Part shown: positions 7,901 to 17,948 of the stretch, piece by piece | Layout: the number at the start of each line of letters is the position of its first letter | How positions within the stretch are numbered: position 1 is the first letter of the stretch | NCBI GenBank assembly: GCA_963777505.1 | Contig: CAVZQN010000004.1 | Coordinates: forward strand, 1,152,001-1,216,000 | Direction of reading: 5' to 3' | Length of the DNA: 64,000 bases | DNA from: an uncultured bacterium | GTDB taxonomy: Bacteria > Acidobacteriota > HRBIN11 > JAKEFK01 | Position numbers and translations under genes: made by a program | Notes under the pieces: generated by a model | Seen by the model: the letters and a program-made list of their open reading frames with translations, nothing else | Told to the model about the DNA's origin: nothing | Database searches by the model: none

Positions 7901-10765
7901 TCAACCTCGATGTTTCCCCTTTAAGGATTGCGTAAGCTCAAGAGCCTTTTCATGTTCAGGCGAAATGGTGAGCGCCTTTTTTATGTGATTGGAAGCTCGA
8001 AGCCACAGGCCTTGCTGCATGTAAAACTCCGCTAACTGTACATGATAATCGGGGTTCCATGGATCTAATTCGATTGCCTTTTCAAACTGGCTTTGCGCGT
8101 CTTTGAGGAATCGGGGATGTTTTGAATAAGCTAGAGCCATGAGCTGATAGTATTTGGCTTCAGTTGGATGGTTCTGTACAGCTTGTTTACAGAGATTTGT
8201 AACGTTGTAGTAATCCTGGTCTTCGTATTTCTTTTCTGCTAAACGATAAAATTGTTCTGCAACCTTGATATGTTGTTCAGCTTCAATCTTCTTTTCTGAT
8301 TTTTGGACTTCCATTCGAACTTGAGCTTCCGCAGGTATCGGTGTTGGTGTAGGTGTGTGTGGTTCCGATGAGTCACTTGTGAAGCGTCTGCGCTGAAGTT
8401 CGAGCAAGTAACCTTCACGCAATCCTGCCTCTGTCTTATCTGACGGTTTGGCTGGAGGGTGCGACTTTGCTTTTAGATGACTTGCAGCTTGGGCACCCAT
8501 ATGTTCCGGTGCCACCGATTTTGCTTTTGGCTTAGTGGACGCTGCTGGTGTCGAAGCAGCAGAAGGTGCTTGTGGTGGAGGGGATGATGACGTCACATTT
8601 ACGTTTTCAATTCGTAGATTTCTTTGCATAGCCGGTGGAGGGTTATTTAGCAGAGGTTCAAATTTACGATGTGACGTTGTACCTCGCTCGTGTGGCAATT
8701 TGAATTCGATTGCGCCAAATTTGGAAAGTGCAAATACGATTCTAGTAATTTTTTCCTCGGGCATCCCTGTCAAAACATTCAACATATCGATTGTTATGTT
8801 TTCACCTTCAAAACGAGAAGCCACAAAACTCTCTTCCGGATTTAAACTCAAAGTTCGTAACAGAAAATCAAAGTCTTGTGTTCTTTTGATTGCAGCTCCC
8901 GCTGGGACATGTGCCCGGATAAGAGCGTAATCAATCGTCTCACGAGCTGCTCCCAGCAAATAATCTACAACCGGAATTGAACAAAAGGCTTCATTGTCAA
9001 TTTGAGCCGTCGCGAAATTCCCCTCAAAAACCGGCCAGAACAATACTTGATTCAATGCCGACATCATCAATTCACGATATGTTTTTTTGAAATCTTCCAT
9101 CGTGAAGGCATGATTTAGAAGTAAACGGTTTAAAGGCTGCTCTAAATCATTTTTGTTTGCAGGAACGTCTTCTCTTTTCAAAAAACCTTTTTTGACCATA
9201 TACACCCAGATATTTTCATCGGGCTGAATGGAGTCAAATAAAAGAATTTCACGGTTACGGACTAAAAATCTCTTTTCAAGAGTATTCCACCGGCAAGTTA
9301 CAAGGCCTGATTGCGATCGTGTATGAAGTGATGCTAAAAGTTCGTAAAAATTTAAGCTTGTAAGGACAGCAACCGGAGCAACTCGGCTAGCGGCTGGAAC
9401 TTTTAACTGGCTTCGATGGAGAAATTCATTTCTGACGCTTTCGAGTTCTTGAATCAAAGAGTTATAGTCTTGATAGCGCCCAGCTGCATCTTTCTGTGTC
9501 ATCTTCTCAATGATTCGATAGACAGAAACCGGGACTTTGCCATCAAGGCTATCGTATTCAGGAAAGGGATGCGATGTGTGTTTGATCACCATTTCAATGG
9601 GTGATGTGGCTTGAAAGGGAAGTCGGCCATAGAGCATGTGGTAGAACGTGATCCCGAGTGCATACATATCTGCACGCTGATCTACAGATGGAGATTTGGC
9701 CTGCTCTGGTGCCATATAGCTTGGTGTTCCCAGAAATTCTCCCCCCTGCGTCAGGTTTGAACTGATCTGTTCTGCATATGCAAGACCAAAGTCGACGATC
9801 TTTATCAGCTGATTTTCATCAAACATCAAGTTACTTGGTTTAATATCCCGATGGACGATGCCTTTTTTCGATGCCAGGTTTAAGGCTTGTGCGCACTGAA
9901 AAATGATATCAACGCCCGACATCGGTTCGATCCGTCCTTTTTTGCGGATCATATCCCCGAGCGAGCCGCCGGAACACCATTGCATAGCAAAATAATGCTC
10001 GCCCTTTTGTTCACTAAAACTATAAATAGATGCGATTCCAGGATGATTGATGGACGCTAATACTTTCGCTTCTCTTCTAAATCTTTCAACAAATTCGGGA
10101 GAACCTGAAAGCTTAGATGCCAGCACTTTAATTGCCACATACCGTTCAAGTTGTTCGTCTTTGGCTTTGAAAACCTGGCCCATTCCACCTTTTCCAACCA
10201 GCGATTCCACACGATAAATACCGTAAGAAGATTGGAAATTGAGAAATGAATAATCGGATAGAGCCAGCGAAGGAACATCTAAATCTCTTTTCGTTGCACT
10301 TGTATGGCCATCCATATTCGGTTGTTCTTCTGCCTTGGATGAAGTGACATCATGATTTGAAGTCGCGAGTGCCGTCGGCATTTTTAGTTCATCAATCAAA
10401 CGGATGAACCGTCCGACACGTGCCGTCAATTCGCGAGCATCAATCGGTTTGACAAGATATTCTTCGGCGCCGCTTGAAAAGCATGCGAGTTTCGTCTCGA
10501 GATCCCCTTTCGAAGTGAGAATAAAAACGACAATATCTTTTAAGGCCGGATCGCTTTTTATAATCTTGCACAGTTCGTCTCCCGGCATCTCGGGCATCAT
10601 GAGGTCGAGTACGATCAGTTGAGGCTTGTCTTGTTGAATTACGCTTAAAGCTTCAGTGGCATTGGGGACACATCGGACTGTCAGGCCTTCCTCCTGAAGG
10701 ATGGTCTGAAGATAACTTCGAATATCTTGCTCGTCATCAACGACGAGGACATCAAAAGACGACAA
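7901..10765 (-). CDS. Hybrid signalling protein: receiver + Hanks Ser/Thr kinase + DUF4388-like + Pro-rich linker + TPR
   Basis: VVDDE..LDLMMP..KP; GKGGMG, VAIK, HRDIKPSN, DFG, YMAPE; LASLHTRSQSGLV; C-terminal TPRs (FEKAIELDPWN); TTG start with GGAGG SD. Confidence 0.88.
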   Translation of the reverse strand: MSSFDVLVVDDEQDIRSYLQTILQEEGLTVRCVPNATEALSVIQQDKPQLIVLDLMMPEMPGDELCKIIKSDPALKDIVVFILTSKGDLETKLACFSSGAEEYLVKPIDARELTARVGRFIRLIDELKMPTALATSNHDVTSSKAEEQPNMDGHTSATKRDLDVPSLALSDYSFLNFQSSYGIYRVESLVGKGGMGQVFKAKDEQLERYVAIKVLASKLSGSPEFVERFRREAKVLASINHPGIASIYSFSEQKGEHYFAMQWCSGGSLGDMIRKKGRIEPMSGVDIIFQCAQALNLASKKGIVHRDIKPSNLMFDENQLIKIVDFGLAYAEQISSNLTQGGEFLGTPSYMAPEQAKSPSVDQRADMYALGITFYHMLYGRLPFQATSPIEMVIKHTSHPFPEYDSLDGKVPVSVYRIIEKMTQKDAAGRYQDYNSLIQELESVRNEFLHRSQLKVPAASRVAPVAVLTSLNFYELLASLHTRSQSGLVTCRWNTLEKRFLVRNREILLFDSIQPDENIWVYMVKKGFLKREDVPANKNDLEQPLNRLLLNHAFTMEDFKKTYRELMMSALNQVLFWPVFEGNFATAQIDNEAFCSIPVVDYLLGAARETIDYALIRAHVPAGAAIKRTQDFDFLLRTLSLNPEESFVASRFEGENITIDMLNVLTGMPEEKITRIVFALSKFGAIEFKLPHERGTTSHRKFEPLLNNPPPAMQRNLRIENVNVTSSSPPPQAPSAASTPAASTKPKAKSVAPEHMGAQAASHLKAKSHPPAKPSDKTEAGLREGYLLELQRRRFTSDSSEPHTPTPTPIPAEAQVRMEVQKSEKKIEAEQHIKVAEQFYRLAEKKYEDQDYYNVTNLCKQAVQNHPTEAKYYQLMALAYSKHPRFLKDAQSQFEKAIELDPWNPDYHVQLAEFYMQQGLWLRASNHIKKALTISPEHEKALELTQSLKGKHRG

Positions 10766-10911
10766 TCAGTGCCCTCCCCGGCAATCCGACCTCATAATTC
10801 ATAGCACTTTTTCCACATTCTGTCTAACTAGAACGACTTACGATAAAAGACGCTCGGCTTAACTGGAGGATTGTTCTGATTGGCTATTTTTTAAACACCA
10901 AGAGTGTTCTT

Positions 10912-11712
10912 TTATTGGACCTGAAAAGTAATATTGGACCAGAAGCTTTCCCAGTCCGCTTGCCGGTCGCCTTTAATAGGCAGGATCCGATTTGTTCGAA
11001 TCATCCACAAACCAGGATGCGTGATTTTGAATCGAACCATGCCATCAGCTCCTGTCTCCTGAGTTTGAGCGTAATCCTCCGGTATAGTACTATATTTGTC
11101 GTACGTAGCCATGACTCTGTTCATGCTCAATGGCTTGCCTTCAAACAAAATTTGAACCTTCAATTCATCGCCCACTTTCAGATTTGTTGGATTGGTTTGA
11201 GGAATAATCTCGATTTTAAATCCCAAAGGCTTCTTATAATCTTCCGTCTTTTTATTGCCAATCTGGACATAAGTTTTTAGAAATCGGCTGTAACGCTCTT
11301 TTCCGTAAGTTTCGCTAGCCCCAGGACTTTTGCGAGCTTCGATTACCTGTTTATATCCTTCGAGTGTGATGTATTTCTCGAAGATTTCGGGTTCAATTGA
11401 AATGTATGACGCGGTCCCTTCCCATCCAATCTGCTGAGTTCCCGGTTTCTCAAAAGTTACAGTTGGGTTCACTCCATCGGAATCCCGGAGGTCCTGTTTT
11501 CCAGATGGGCTCAACATTTTAAATTGCACCGTTTTATCGTCCCGCCATTTGAGTGGACCCCCTGGGAATCTGTCTTCAGTCAAGCGCATTTCAAGATTCA
11601 CTTCACCCGGTTTATCCAGATAAAAAGATCCAGGTTGCAGATAAAGATCGTGTGCAGCAAGTCTTGCTGCAAAAACGAATATCAAAACAGTGAATATGAA
11701 ATGCCGGCGCAT
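10912..11712 (-). CDS. DUF4198 family periplasmic protein
   Basis: Signal peptide ending AA|HDLYLQP; EIIPQTNP, VQILFEGKPL, TGADG, GLW, WESFWSNITF; AAGGAG SD before ATG 11712. Confidence 0.85.
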   Translation of the reverse strand: MRRHFIFTVLIFVFAARLAAHDLYLQPGSFYLDKPGEVNLEMRLTEDRFPGGPLKWRDDKTVQFKMLSPSGKQDLRDSDGVNPTVTFEKPGTQQIGWEGTASYISIEPEIFEKYITLEGYKQVIEARKSPGASETYGKERYSRFLKTYVQIGNKKTEDYKKPLGFKIEIIPQTNPTNLKVGDELKVQILFEGKPLSMNRVMATYDKYSTIPEDYAQTQETGADGMVRFKITHPGLWMIRTNRILPIKGDRQADWESFWSNITFQVQ

Positions 11713-11722
11713 ATAGCTCCTT

Positions 11723-13225
11723 TTACTCAAACATTTTTTCTACAGGCACGATCTGAATATTTTCTGCACGAAGATCTAAAGGGAAATTCATGATGTGTTT
11801 ATCCTCTTCCATCACAGATTCCGGTTTAGGAGATTCATACGTAATAGGGCTTGGAGTGTTTTCAGCAAGCGCTTTCTTAAAGTTTTCAGCATCTTCTGTA
11901 ACGACAGCGATAATCATGTTCTTAGTGTTCAGATGTTTCTTGATTGCGGCATTAACATCTTCAAGTTTCATGTTCGCAAGTTTAGTTTTTACATGCTCAA
12001 GATATGGTTGTTTCAATCCATAAAAACGATCATCGAGTGCGTATCCGAGTTGTTCGGAATCTGATTGTGCAAGGCTTACACTGTAGTTGATGAGGAAATT
12101 ACGAGAGTGTTCGAAGTCCTCTTTTGTGATCCCATTATCGATAAGCTTTTGCACTTCACGAATTGCTTGTCGCAATGCAAAATGCCGATTTTGATTTTGT
12201 ACGGGACGGATCCATACCTGAAAGATTTGTTGTTGCCGCGCAAAGTTGGGAAGCGGCTGCATCGCACGTCCACCAAATGGAAAGTGTTCAATATAACTGT
12301 AGTCGCCATAGTTTAAGCCCCGTTGTCCCCGCATTACGCTATAAAGATTGCCAAAGGAGTTCCTGTGTTGACCGAGCCAACAATTCATCACCATCATCGG
12401 ATAATAATCTTCATCGGAGCGTGTAATCTGAATTGGAAAGCCGAAACTGATTGCAGTACCTGCAGTTTCTTTTTCTATCAAAAACGCATGCTGGCCGGAA
12501 ATCGGTGATGGCGCCAGAATTGTTTTTGCGGAATTTGATTCGGAACCTTCAGATAGCGCACTAAAATCTTTCTTCATTTGTTGTATGAGCGAATCTGGAT
12601 AGTTGCCTGCAATGCCGATGACAAGATTTTTTTGTGTAAATTGTTGACTGTAGAAAGTCTTGACGTCCTCAATCGTCAGGGATTTTACAGAATGAATCGT
12701 CCCCGCATTTGGATAACCATAGCCGTTGTTTTTGAAGATTGCTGCATTTAACGCTTCCTTGCCTAACTCTTCATCATCGTTATAACGGAGTGAGCTTGCA
12801 ATTTCATTGGCTTGGTCTGTTTTCAGTCGTTCAAAGTCTTCCTGTTTGAACCCGGGTGATAACAACGCATCGCGAAGAAGTTCGTAATAGGGTTGAAGAT
12901 GATCCTGGTGTACGACGCCTGCGATGACTGTCATTTCTTTATCGACCTGGGAACCATAATACGCCGCCATGGGAAACAACAACTCGAGAATTTTTTCATA
13001 ATCATTCTTCTGAGTTCCAGCTTCTGCCAGCATACTTGCTGTTAAGGTGGCAATGCCTTCTTTTCCTTTTGGATCAAAAGCAGAACCGGTTCGAAACATA
13101 ATACGGAATGCGATAAGTGGGGATTCATTTTTAATTAAGAGCATATTTGTATCCGAAATTTGTTTTTCCGTGCTAAATGCAAATGCGGGAATGATCAACA
13201 TGAGCGCCATGAGCGGTTTAATCAT
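11723..13225 (-). CDS. M16B peptidase, non-catalytic subunit
   Basis: GSAFDPKGKEGIATLTASML (HxxEH absent), R-GLNY motif; signal peptide. Confidence 0.88.
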   Translation of the reverse strand: MIKPLMALMLIIPAFAFSTEKQISDTNMLLIKNESPLIAFRIMFRTGSAFDPKGKEGIATLTASMLAEAGTQKNDYEKILELLFPMAAYYGSQVDKEMTVIAGVVHQDHLQPYYELLRDALLSPGFKQEDFERLKTDQANEIASSLRYNDDEELGKEALNAAIFKNNGYGYPNAGTIHSVKSLTIEDVKTFYSQQFTQKNLVIGIAGNYPDSLIQQMKKDFSALSEGSESNSAKTILAPSPISGQHAFLIEKETAGTAISFGFPIQITRSDEDYYPMMVMNCWLGQHRNSFGNLYSVMRGQRGLNYGDYSYIEHFPFGGRAMQPLPNFARQQQIFQVWIRPVQNQNRHFALRQAIREVQKLIDNGITKEDFEHSRNFLINYSVSLAQSDSEQLGYALDDRFYGLKQPYLEHVKTKLANMKLEDVNAAIKKHLNTKNMIIAVVTEDAENFKKALAENTPSPITYESPKPESVMEEDKHIMNFPLDLRAENIQIVPVEKMFE

Positions 13226-14550
13226 TACTTCGCTCCTGTCAAAGTAACAACTGTTCTTTTTTCGATCAACATGTACTTTTGTGCAACTTTCTGGATTTCT
13301 TCGGGTGTAATCGAATCAACCGTTTGAATCGTTTTTTCCACACCATTGATATCATTGACCAGCGAAAAATACCTTGAAAGACCCGCTGCTGTTTTTTTGC
13401 TTGTATCAAGTCCCATCAAAAATGAGTATTTCAGATTGGATTTCAATTCAGCAAGACGTTTTGGTTCTGGCGGTGCAGTCTTCAACTTTTCAACCGCATC
13501 TGTAATTGCTTTCTCAACATTTTGTAAATCTTCAGCTTTTTTCAAACGTGCTAATACCATAAATAGAAATGGATCCCGATGTCGCTCAAAACCTGTAGCC
13601 AACAAATCGGCTCTCTGATCTTTTAATACGAGTTGGCGATACAATTCGGATGTTTCACCGAATGCAAGTTCTCCCAGCAAAGATAAAGCTGCAAAGTCTC
13701 GATTTTCCGGAGCAAATGGAGGCGCTTTGTAAGCGAGTGCTAAAAGAGGAAGGGTATTGCCGGGAAAGTCCACTTTTCCGCGTTTTTCCGATTTTTGTTC
13801 AGCTTCTTCAAAGTTGACCGTTTTATGCGAACCTGGTTTCCAGCTTGAATAATATTGTTTTATCGATGCAAGCGTTTGTGTTGGATCAAAATTTCCTGTT
13901 ACCAGAACGACACAATTGTCAGGCCTATAGAATCTTTTGAAAAATTGCAAACTATATTCGTATTGATTCGGCATATCTTCTATATCTTTTAGAAATCCCA
14001 TCGCTGTATGCTTGTAAGTCGATTTTTCAAAAGCGATATCACGTAAACGTTCTTCAATTTGAAATAACGGATTCGCAAAATTTTTGTTGTATTCACCGAG
14101 GATTGCCTTCGCTTCAGTCTGAAAGGCTTCAAGTGAATATTTTGTATTCATAAATTTATCTGCTTGAAGTTCAATGATCTTGTCAAGATAGCGAGTGGGG
14201 AAGTGTAAATAATAAATAGTCCAATCATCGCTGGTTGATGCATTTGTGTCGGCCCCCATTTCCATAACAATTTCGTTGTATTTTTCAGCAGGATACTTTT
14301 CCGTTCCGCGAAACATCATATGCTCAAAAAAATGAGCAAAACCGCTTTTCCCAGGTTCTACTTCATCGCGAGCTCCTGCGCGAACGACAGTAAAATAAGA
14401 AACGAGTCCTGCGTTTTTCATTGGAATCAGGACTACTCTCAATCCATTATCCAGTTTCGTTTCCTGATATTTATATGGGAAAAGTGATTGTGCAGATAAA
14501 GCTCCTGCAAAAAATGTTAGCAAAAAAAAGAGTAACAACATTCGAAGCAT
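13225..14550 (-). CDS. M16B zinc peptidase, catalytic subunit
   Basis: SGFAHFFEHMMFRGT (HxxEH); signal peptide; likely start ATG 14550 with GAGAGG SD. Confidence 0.92.
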   Translation of the reverse strand: MLRMLLLFFLLTFFAGALSAQSLFPYKYQETKLDNGLRVVLIPMKNAGLVSYFTVVRAGARDEVEPGKSGFAHFFEHMMFRGTEKYPAEKYNEIVMEMGADTNASTSDDWTIYYLHFPTRYLDKIIELQADKFMNTKYSLEAFQTEAKAILGEYNKNFANPLFQIEERLRDIAFEKSTYKHTAMGFLKDIEDMPNQYEYSLQFFKRFYRPDNCVVLVTGNFDPTQTLASIKQYYSSWKPGSHKTVNFEEAEQKSEKRGKVDFPGNTLPLLALAYKAPPFAPENRDFAALSLLGELAFGETSELYRQLVLKDQRADLLATGFERHRDPFLFMVLARLKKAEDLQNVEKAITDAVEKLKTAPPEPKRLAELKSNLKYSFLMGLDTSKKTAAGLSRYFSLVNDINGVEKTIQTVDSITPEEIQKVAQKYMLIEKRTVVTLTGAK

Positions 14551-14687
14551 CTTTGACAACCTCTCAAATGAATAGCAGTCAATTGCAGATTGCATATTGT
14601 ATAGCCCGGTAGCGTGGTAGGCAATGACAAAGAGGTAGATTTGCGGTTCGTAATAAATTGCTTACAATGTGCATCGAATGAAAAACA

Positions 14688-16301
14688 ATGATAGCGACTG
14701 AAACAGAGAAGTCCTGTCCCATTTGCAGTAGAAAATTCCCCTCGAAGGTGTTAGCAGAAGCCAGATGGATGGAGCCGGCCGTGTTGTCGAAAATGGAAGA
14801 ACGGCATCCGGGGTGGCATCGATTGGATGGAGCTTGTCCGGCGTGTGTTCAGGAAGCTTTATTAACAACGTTATTAAAGGAAGGTGAAGCTGCGCTTCAT
14901 GATGGAATTCAATCCGTGTGGCCGCTGGATGCCGAAGCCGCTTTTGGAGCATTACCGACTCCGCTCAGAATGCACGCAGATCCTAGGTTTACCGGACGCG
15001 GCGTAACGATTGCATTTATCGATAGCGGATTCTATCCACATCCAGATCTCATTCAACCGCGAAACAGAATCAAAGCGTGGGTGGATGTTAGTCTGCCAAG
15101 ATCTCGAAGTTTGCGTTTCAAGTCTGATCAAATTCCAAAATGGCCCGGTTGGGATGATCGAGAGCCCTATCAATGGCATGGGCTGATGACAAGTGCTGTT
15201 GCAGCAGGAAATGGTTGGCTCAGTCATGGACTCTATCGCGGAGTCGCAAGTGATGCAGAACTTGTACTGATTCAAGTCTTGCGAACAGGTGCAGGCAAAA
15301 TAAATAACCAAAGTATCTTGCGGGGACTTCGATGGCTTATTCGAAATGCAAAAAGCCTGGAAGTGCAAATCGTAAATATATCTCTTGGAGGGGATCGTGG
15401 AACTTTAGATCCCACAAATCCTGTAGACAATTCGGTAGAAGAATTAATTCGTCAAGGGATCACAGTTGTTTGTGCCGCTGGAAATGAAGGTCAACGTCAT
15501 CTTGTGCCGCCAGCTACTGCTCCGATGGCGCTCACAGTAGGCGGAATTGATGATAAGAATGTATTTGATCATCGTGAGATGGAATTGTGGCACAGCAATT
15601 ATGGTCAAACGATGGAAGGCGCATCAAAACCAGAATTGGTTGCACCAAGCATTTGGGTTGCTGCCCCGATGTTGCCAGGTACACCAACCGCTGATGAAGC
15701 GATCGAACTTTTTGCAAAACGCGCAACAGGGGATACATCAGTCAATGACAGAATGGCTGCACAAAAACTTGTGACTCCGCATTATCAACATGTAGATGGT
15801 ACGAGTTTCGCTGCTCCACTGACTTCGAGCGTGATTGCTTGCATGTTGGAAGCCAATCCTGAACTGGATCCGAAACAAGTACGCGCGATCCTAAAAGCAT
15901 CGGCTGTTCCGATTGCTGGTGCGCCTTTTGAACGGCAAGGCTCTGGTGTTTTGGAAGCAGGTCAAGCGGTTGCATTTGCGGTTTGGAGGCGTCCTCAAAT
16001 TCTCGATTTAGGTCAAAGACTTCCACCGCTGAAAAGAAATGGAATGATTCAGTTTTATTTATATGATCCCTCCGCAGCAAAGGTCCAACTATTTGGAAGT
16101 TGGGATGATTGGAAGACACCAATTGATGCAATCAGAATTGAAGGCAGTGTTTGGAAGGCAGTCCACCCTGAACTTCCAGCAGGAAGATACTTCTACAAGT
16201 TTTTGCTTGATGGAAGCCGCTGGATGGATGATCCAGGAAACCCACATAAGGCGCCGGATGCGAGTGGGTTCTTTAATAGCATTCTGACGGTGACCGAATA
16301 A
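14688..16301 (+). CDS. S8 subtilase (AprX-like) with N-terminal Cys4 motif and C-terminal glycogen-binding (CBM48/AMPK-type) domain
   Basis: IAFIDSG (D), WHGLMT (H), AAGN, GTSFAAP (S); CPIC...CPAC; VQLFGSWDDW...YFYKFLLDGSRWMDDP. Confidence 0.85.
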   Translation: MIATETEKSCPICSRKFPSKVLAEARWMEPAVLSKMEERHPGWHRLDGACPACVQEALLTTLLKEGEAALHDGIQSVWPLDAEAAFGALPTPLRMHADPRFTGRGVTIAFIDSGFYPHPDLIQPRNRIKAWVDVSLPRSRSLRFKSDQIPKWPGWDDREPYQWHGLMTSAVAAGNGWLSHGLYRGVASDAELVLIQVLRTGAGKINNQSILRGLRWLIRNAKSLEVQIVNISLGGDRGTLDPTNPVDNSVEELIRQGITVVCAAGNEGQRHLVPPATAPMALTVGGIDDKNVFDHREMELWHSNYGQTMEGASKPELVAPSIWVAAPMLPGTPTADEAIELFAKRATGDTSVNDRMAAQKLVTPHYQHVDGTSFAAPLTSSVIACMLEANPELDPKQVRAILKASAVPIAGAPFERQGSGVLEAGQAVAFAVWRRPQILDLGQRLPPLKRNGMIQFYLYDPSAAKVQLFGSWDDWKTPIDAIRIEGSVWKAVHPELPAGRYFYKFLLDGSRWMDDPGNPHKAPDASGFFNSILTVTE

Positions 16302-16311
16302 CTTTTAGCGA

Positions 16312-16378
16312 GGCGCAGGGGTGCGGAGGAGCAGGGGAGCTTAAATTCGTAATTCGTAAATCGCTATTCGTTATTCGG
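16312..16378. repeat. Short tandem repeats (GCAGGGG-type and heptamer TTCGTAA)
   Basis: gcaggggtgcggaggagcaggggag; attcgtaattcgtaaatcgctattcgttattcg. Confidence 0.55.
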
Positions 16379-16516
16379 ACTTCTGAGCTTGAGCTCAAAC
16401 GCGCAACCGGATGAGGTTCATTGTATTTGACACAAATTCCGGATCGTACCTGGCTCCTGTATCTTGAAACTTGCATCCCTTCTATATTTCCCAACAATGT
16501 GTATGATTTAACTCGC

Positions 16517-17851
16517 ATGAGTCGGTTAATACGCGCTCTCAGCTTCAAAGATCTTACGATCCTGATTGTTTGTTCAGTCATCGGATCCGGAATTTTTCTT
16601 GTTCCTGGTGTCGTATTACGCCAGGTTGACGGTTCGTTGATTCTGGCTTTGCTCGTTTGGGTAGTAGCAGGTGTTCTCTCTTTGGTAGGTGGACTTACTT
16701 ACGGCGAACTGAGTGCACAAAACCCGGAGGCTGGTGGCCTTTATGTTTATATCCGTGATTGCTTTGGTCCGTTTGCTGCATTCCTTTTTGGCTGGACCAC
16801 TTTTTTTGTTATTGGAAGCGGATCAGCCGCCACATTAGCTGTTGCATTTCCTGCATATCTGAGTCAGATCATTCCGGTGAGCAGCGGGATGTCAAAAATT
16901 ATTGCGGTTGCAATGATCTTAATCATCATGATCGTAAATATCCGCGGCGTACGCCAGAGTGCAACTCTTCAGAATTACGCAACCATTGTGAAAGTTGGTG
17001 CAATCATTTTGATCAGCGCTATTTTTCTATGGTTTGGAACAGGATTCCAGAACCTTAGTGGAACGGATCTCTGGCCTGCCAAAGTTGGCGGATCTCTTCT
17101 TACAGCATTTGGTATTGCAATGATCAGCGTACTTTGGGCTTATGAAGGTTGGCAGTATGCGACCTACACTGCGGGAGAAGTTGTGGATCCTCAGCGAAAT
17201 TTTCCGCGTGCATTCTTTGTCGGATTAATGATTTTGATGAGTCTTTACATCCTTGCTGTGCTGGGTTACGTTGCGGCTCTTGGTGTTAAAGGCGCTGCCG
17301 CTACTGATGCGATTGCTGCAGTTTCAATCAGCAAGATCGTTGGCCCCAATGCATCAAAATTACTTTCCGCAGCGATTCTGGTTTCAATTTTTAGTGCCAC
17401 CAACACAATATTACTGACAACTCCCAGAGTGTTTTATGCAATGGCATCAGATGGGCTTTTCTTCAGGAAACTTGCTGAAGTCAGCCCGCGTTTTCATACA
17501 CCTGTTTTTGCAATTGTTTCACTGGCGGTGTGGTCAATGGTTCTTGCCATTACAGGAACTTTCCAGCAGCTTCTTACTTATGTTGTTTTTGTAGGCTGGA
17601 TTTTTTATGGCCTTGGTGGCGCGTGTGTGTTTTTCTACAGACGAAGAATTCCAGCGTCACAGCGGCCATACAGTACACCCGGATATCCAATTACACCTAT
17701 TCTGTTTGTACTTTCGGCAGCCGCATTGGTTGTCAATACAATCGCCGCTGATACCCGTAGCGCACTCATTGGAATCGGTATCGTCCTCACCGGCTTCCCC
17801 GCATATTTGATCTGGAAAAACAAAACTCCCCTTAAGAATACAGGTGATTAG
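16517..17851 (+). CDS. APC family amino-acid permease
   Basis: VIGSGIF, YGELSA..PEAGGLYVY, WAYEGW, PRVFYAMASDGLF; ~12 TM; likely start ATG 16517. Confidence 0.92.
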   Translation: MSRLIRALSFKDLTILIVCSVIGSGIFLVPGVVLRQVDGSLILALLVWVVAGVLSLVGGLTYGELSAQNPEAGGLYVYIRDCFGPFAAFLFGWTTFFVIGSGSAATLAVAFPAYLSQIIPVSSGMSKIIAVAMILIIMIVNIRGVRQSATLQNYATIVKVGAIILISAIFLWFGTGFQNLSGTDLWPAKVGGSLLTAFGIAMISVLWAYEGWQYATYTAGEVVDPQRNFPRAFFVGLMILMSLYILAVLGYVAALGVKGAAATDAIAAVSISKIVGPNASKLLSAAILVSIFSATNTILLTTPRVFYAMASDGLFFRKLAEVSPRFHTPVFAIVSLAVWSMVLAITGTFQQLLTYVVFVGWIFYGLGGACVFFYRRRIPASQRPYSTPGYPITPILFVLSAAALVVNTIAADTRSALIGIGIVLTGFPAYLIWKNKTPLKNTGD

Positions 17852-17948
17852 CGATTTGTAACGCTGGCCTCTGGCCGGCTCCTAAAAATTTGAACCGCAA
17901 AGACGCAAGATCCGGCAAGATGGCGGCGTTACAAATTCCAAACGCAAA

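Noticed and set aside
11723-14550. M16 pair as PqqF/G or RiPP-processing enzymes
   Set aside because: Both have signal peptides and no pqq or precursor genes are adjacent; an ordinary periplasmic heterodimeric M16B is the simpler reading.
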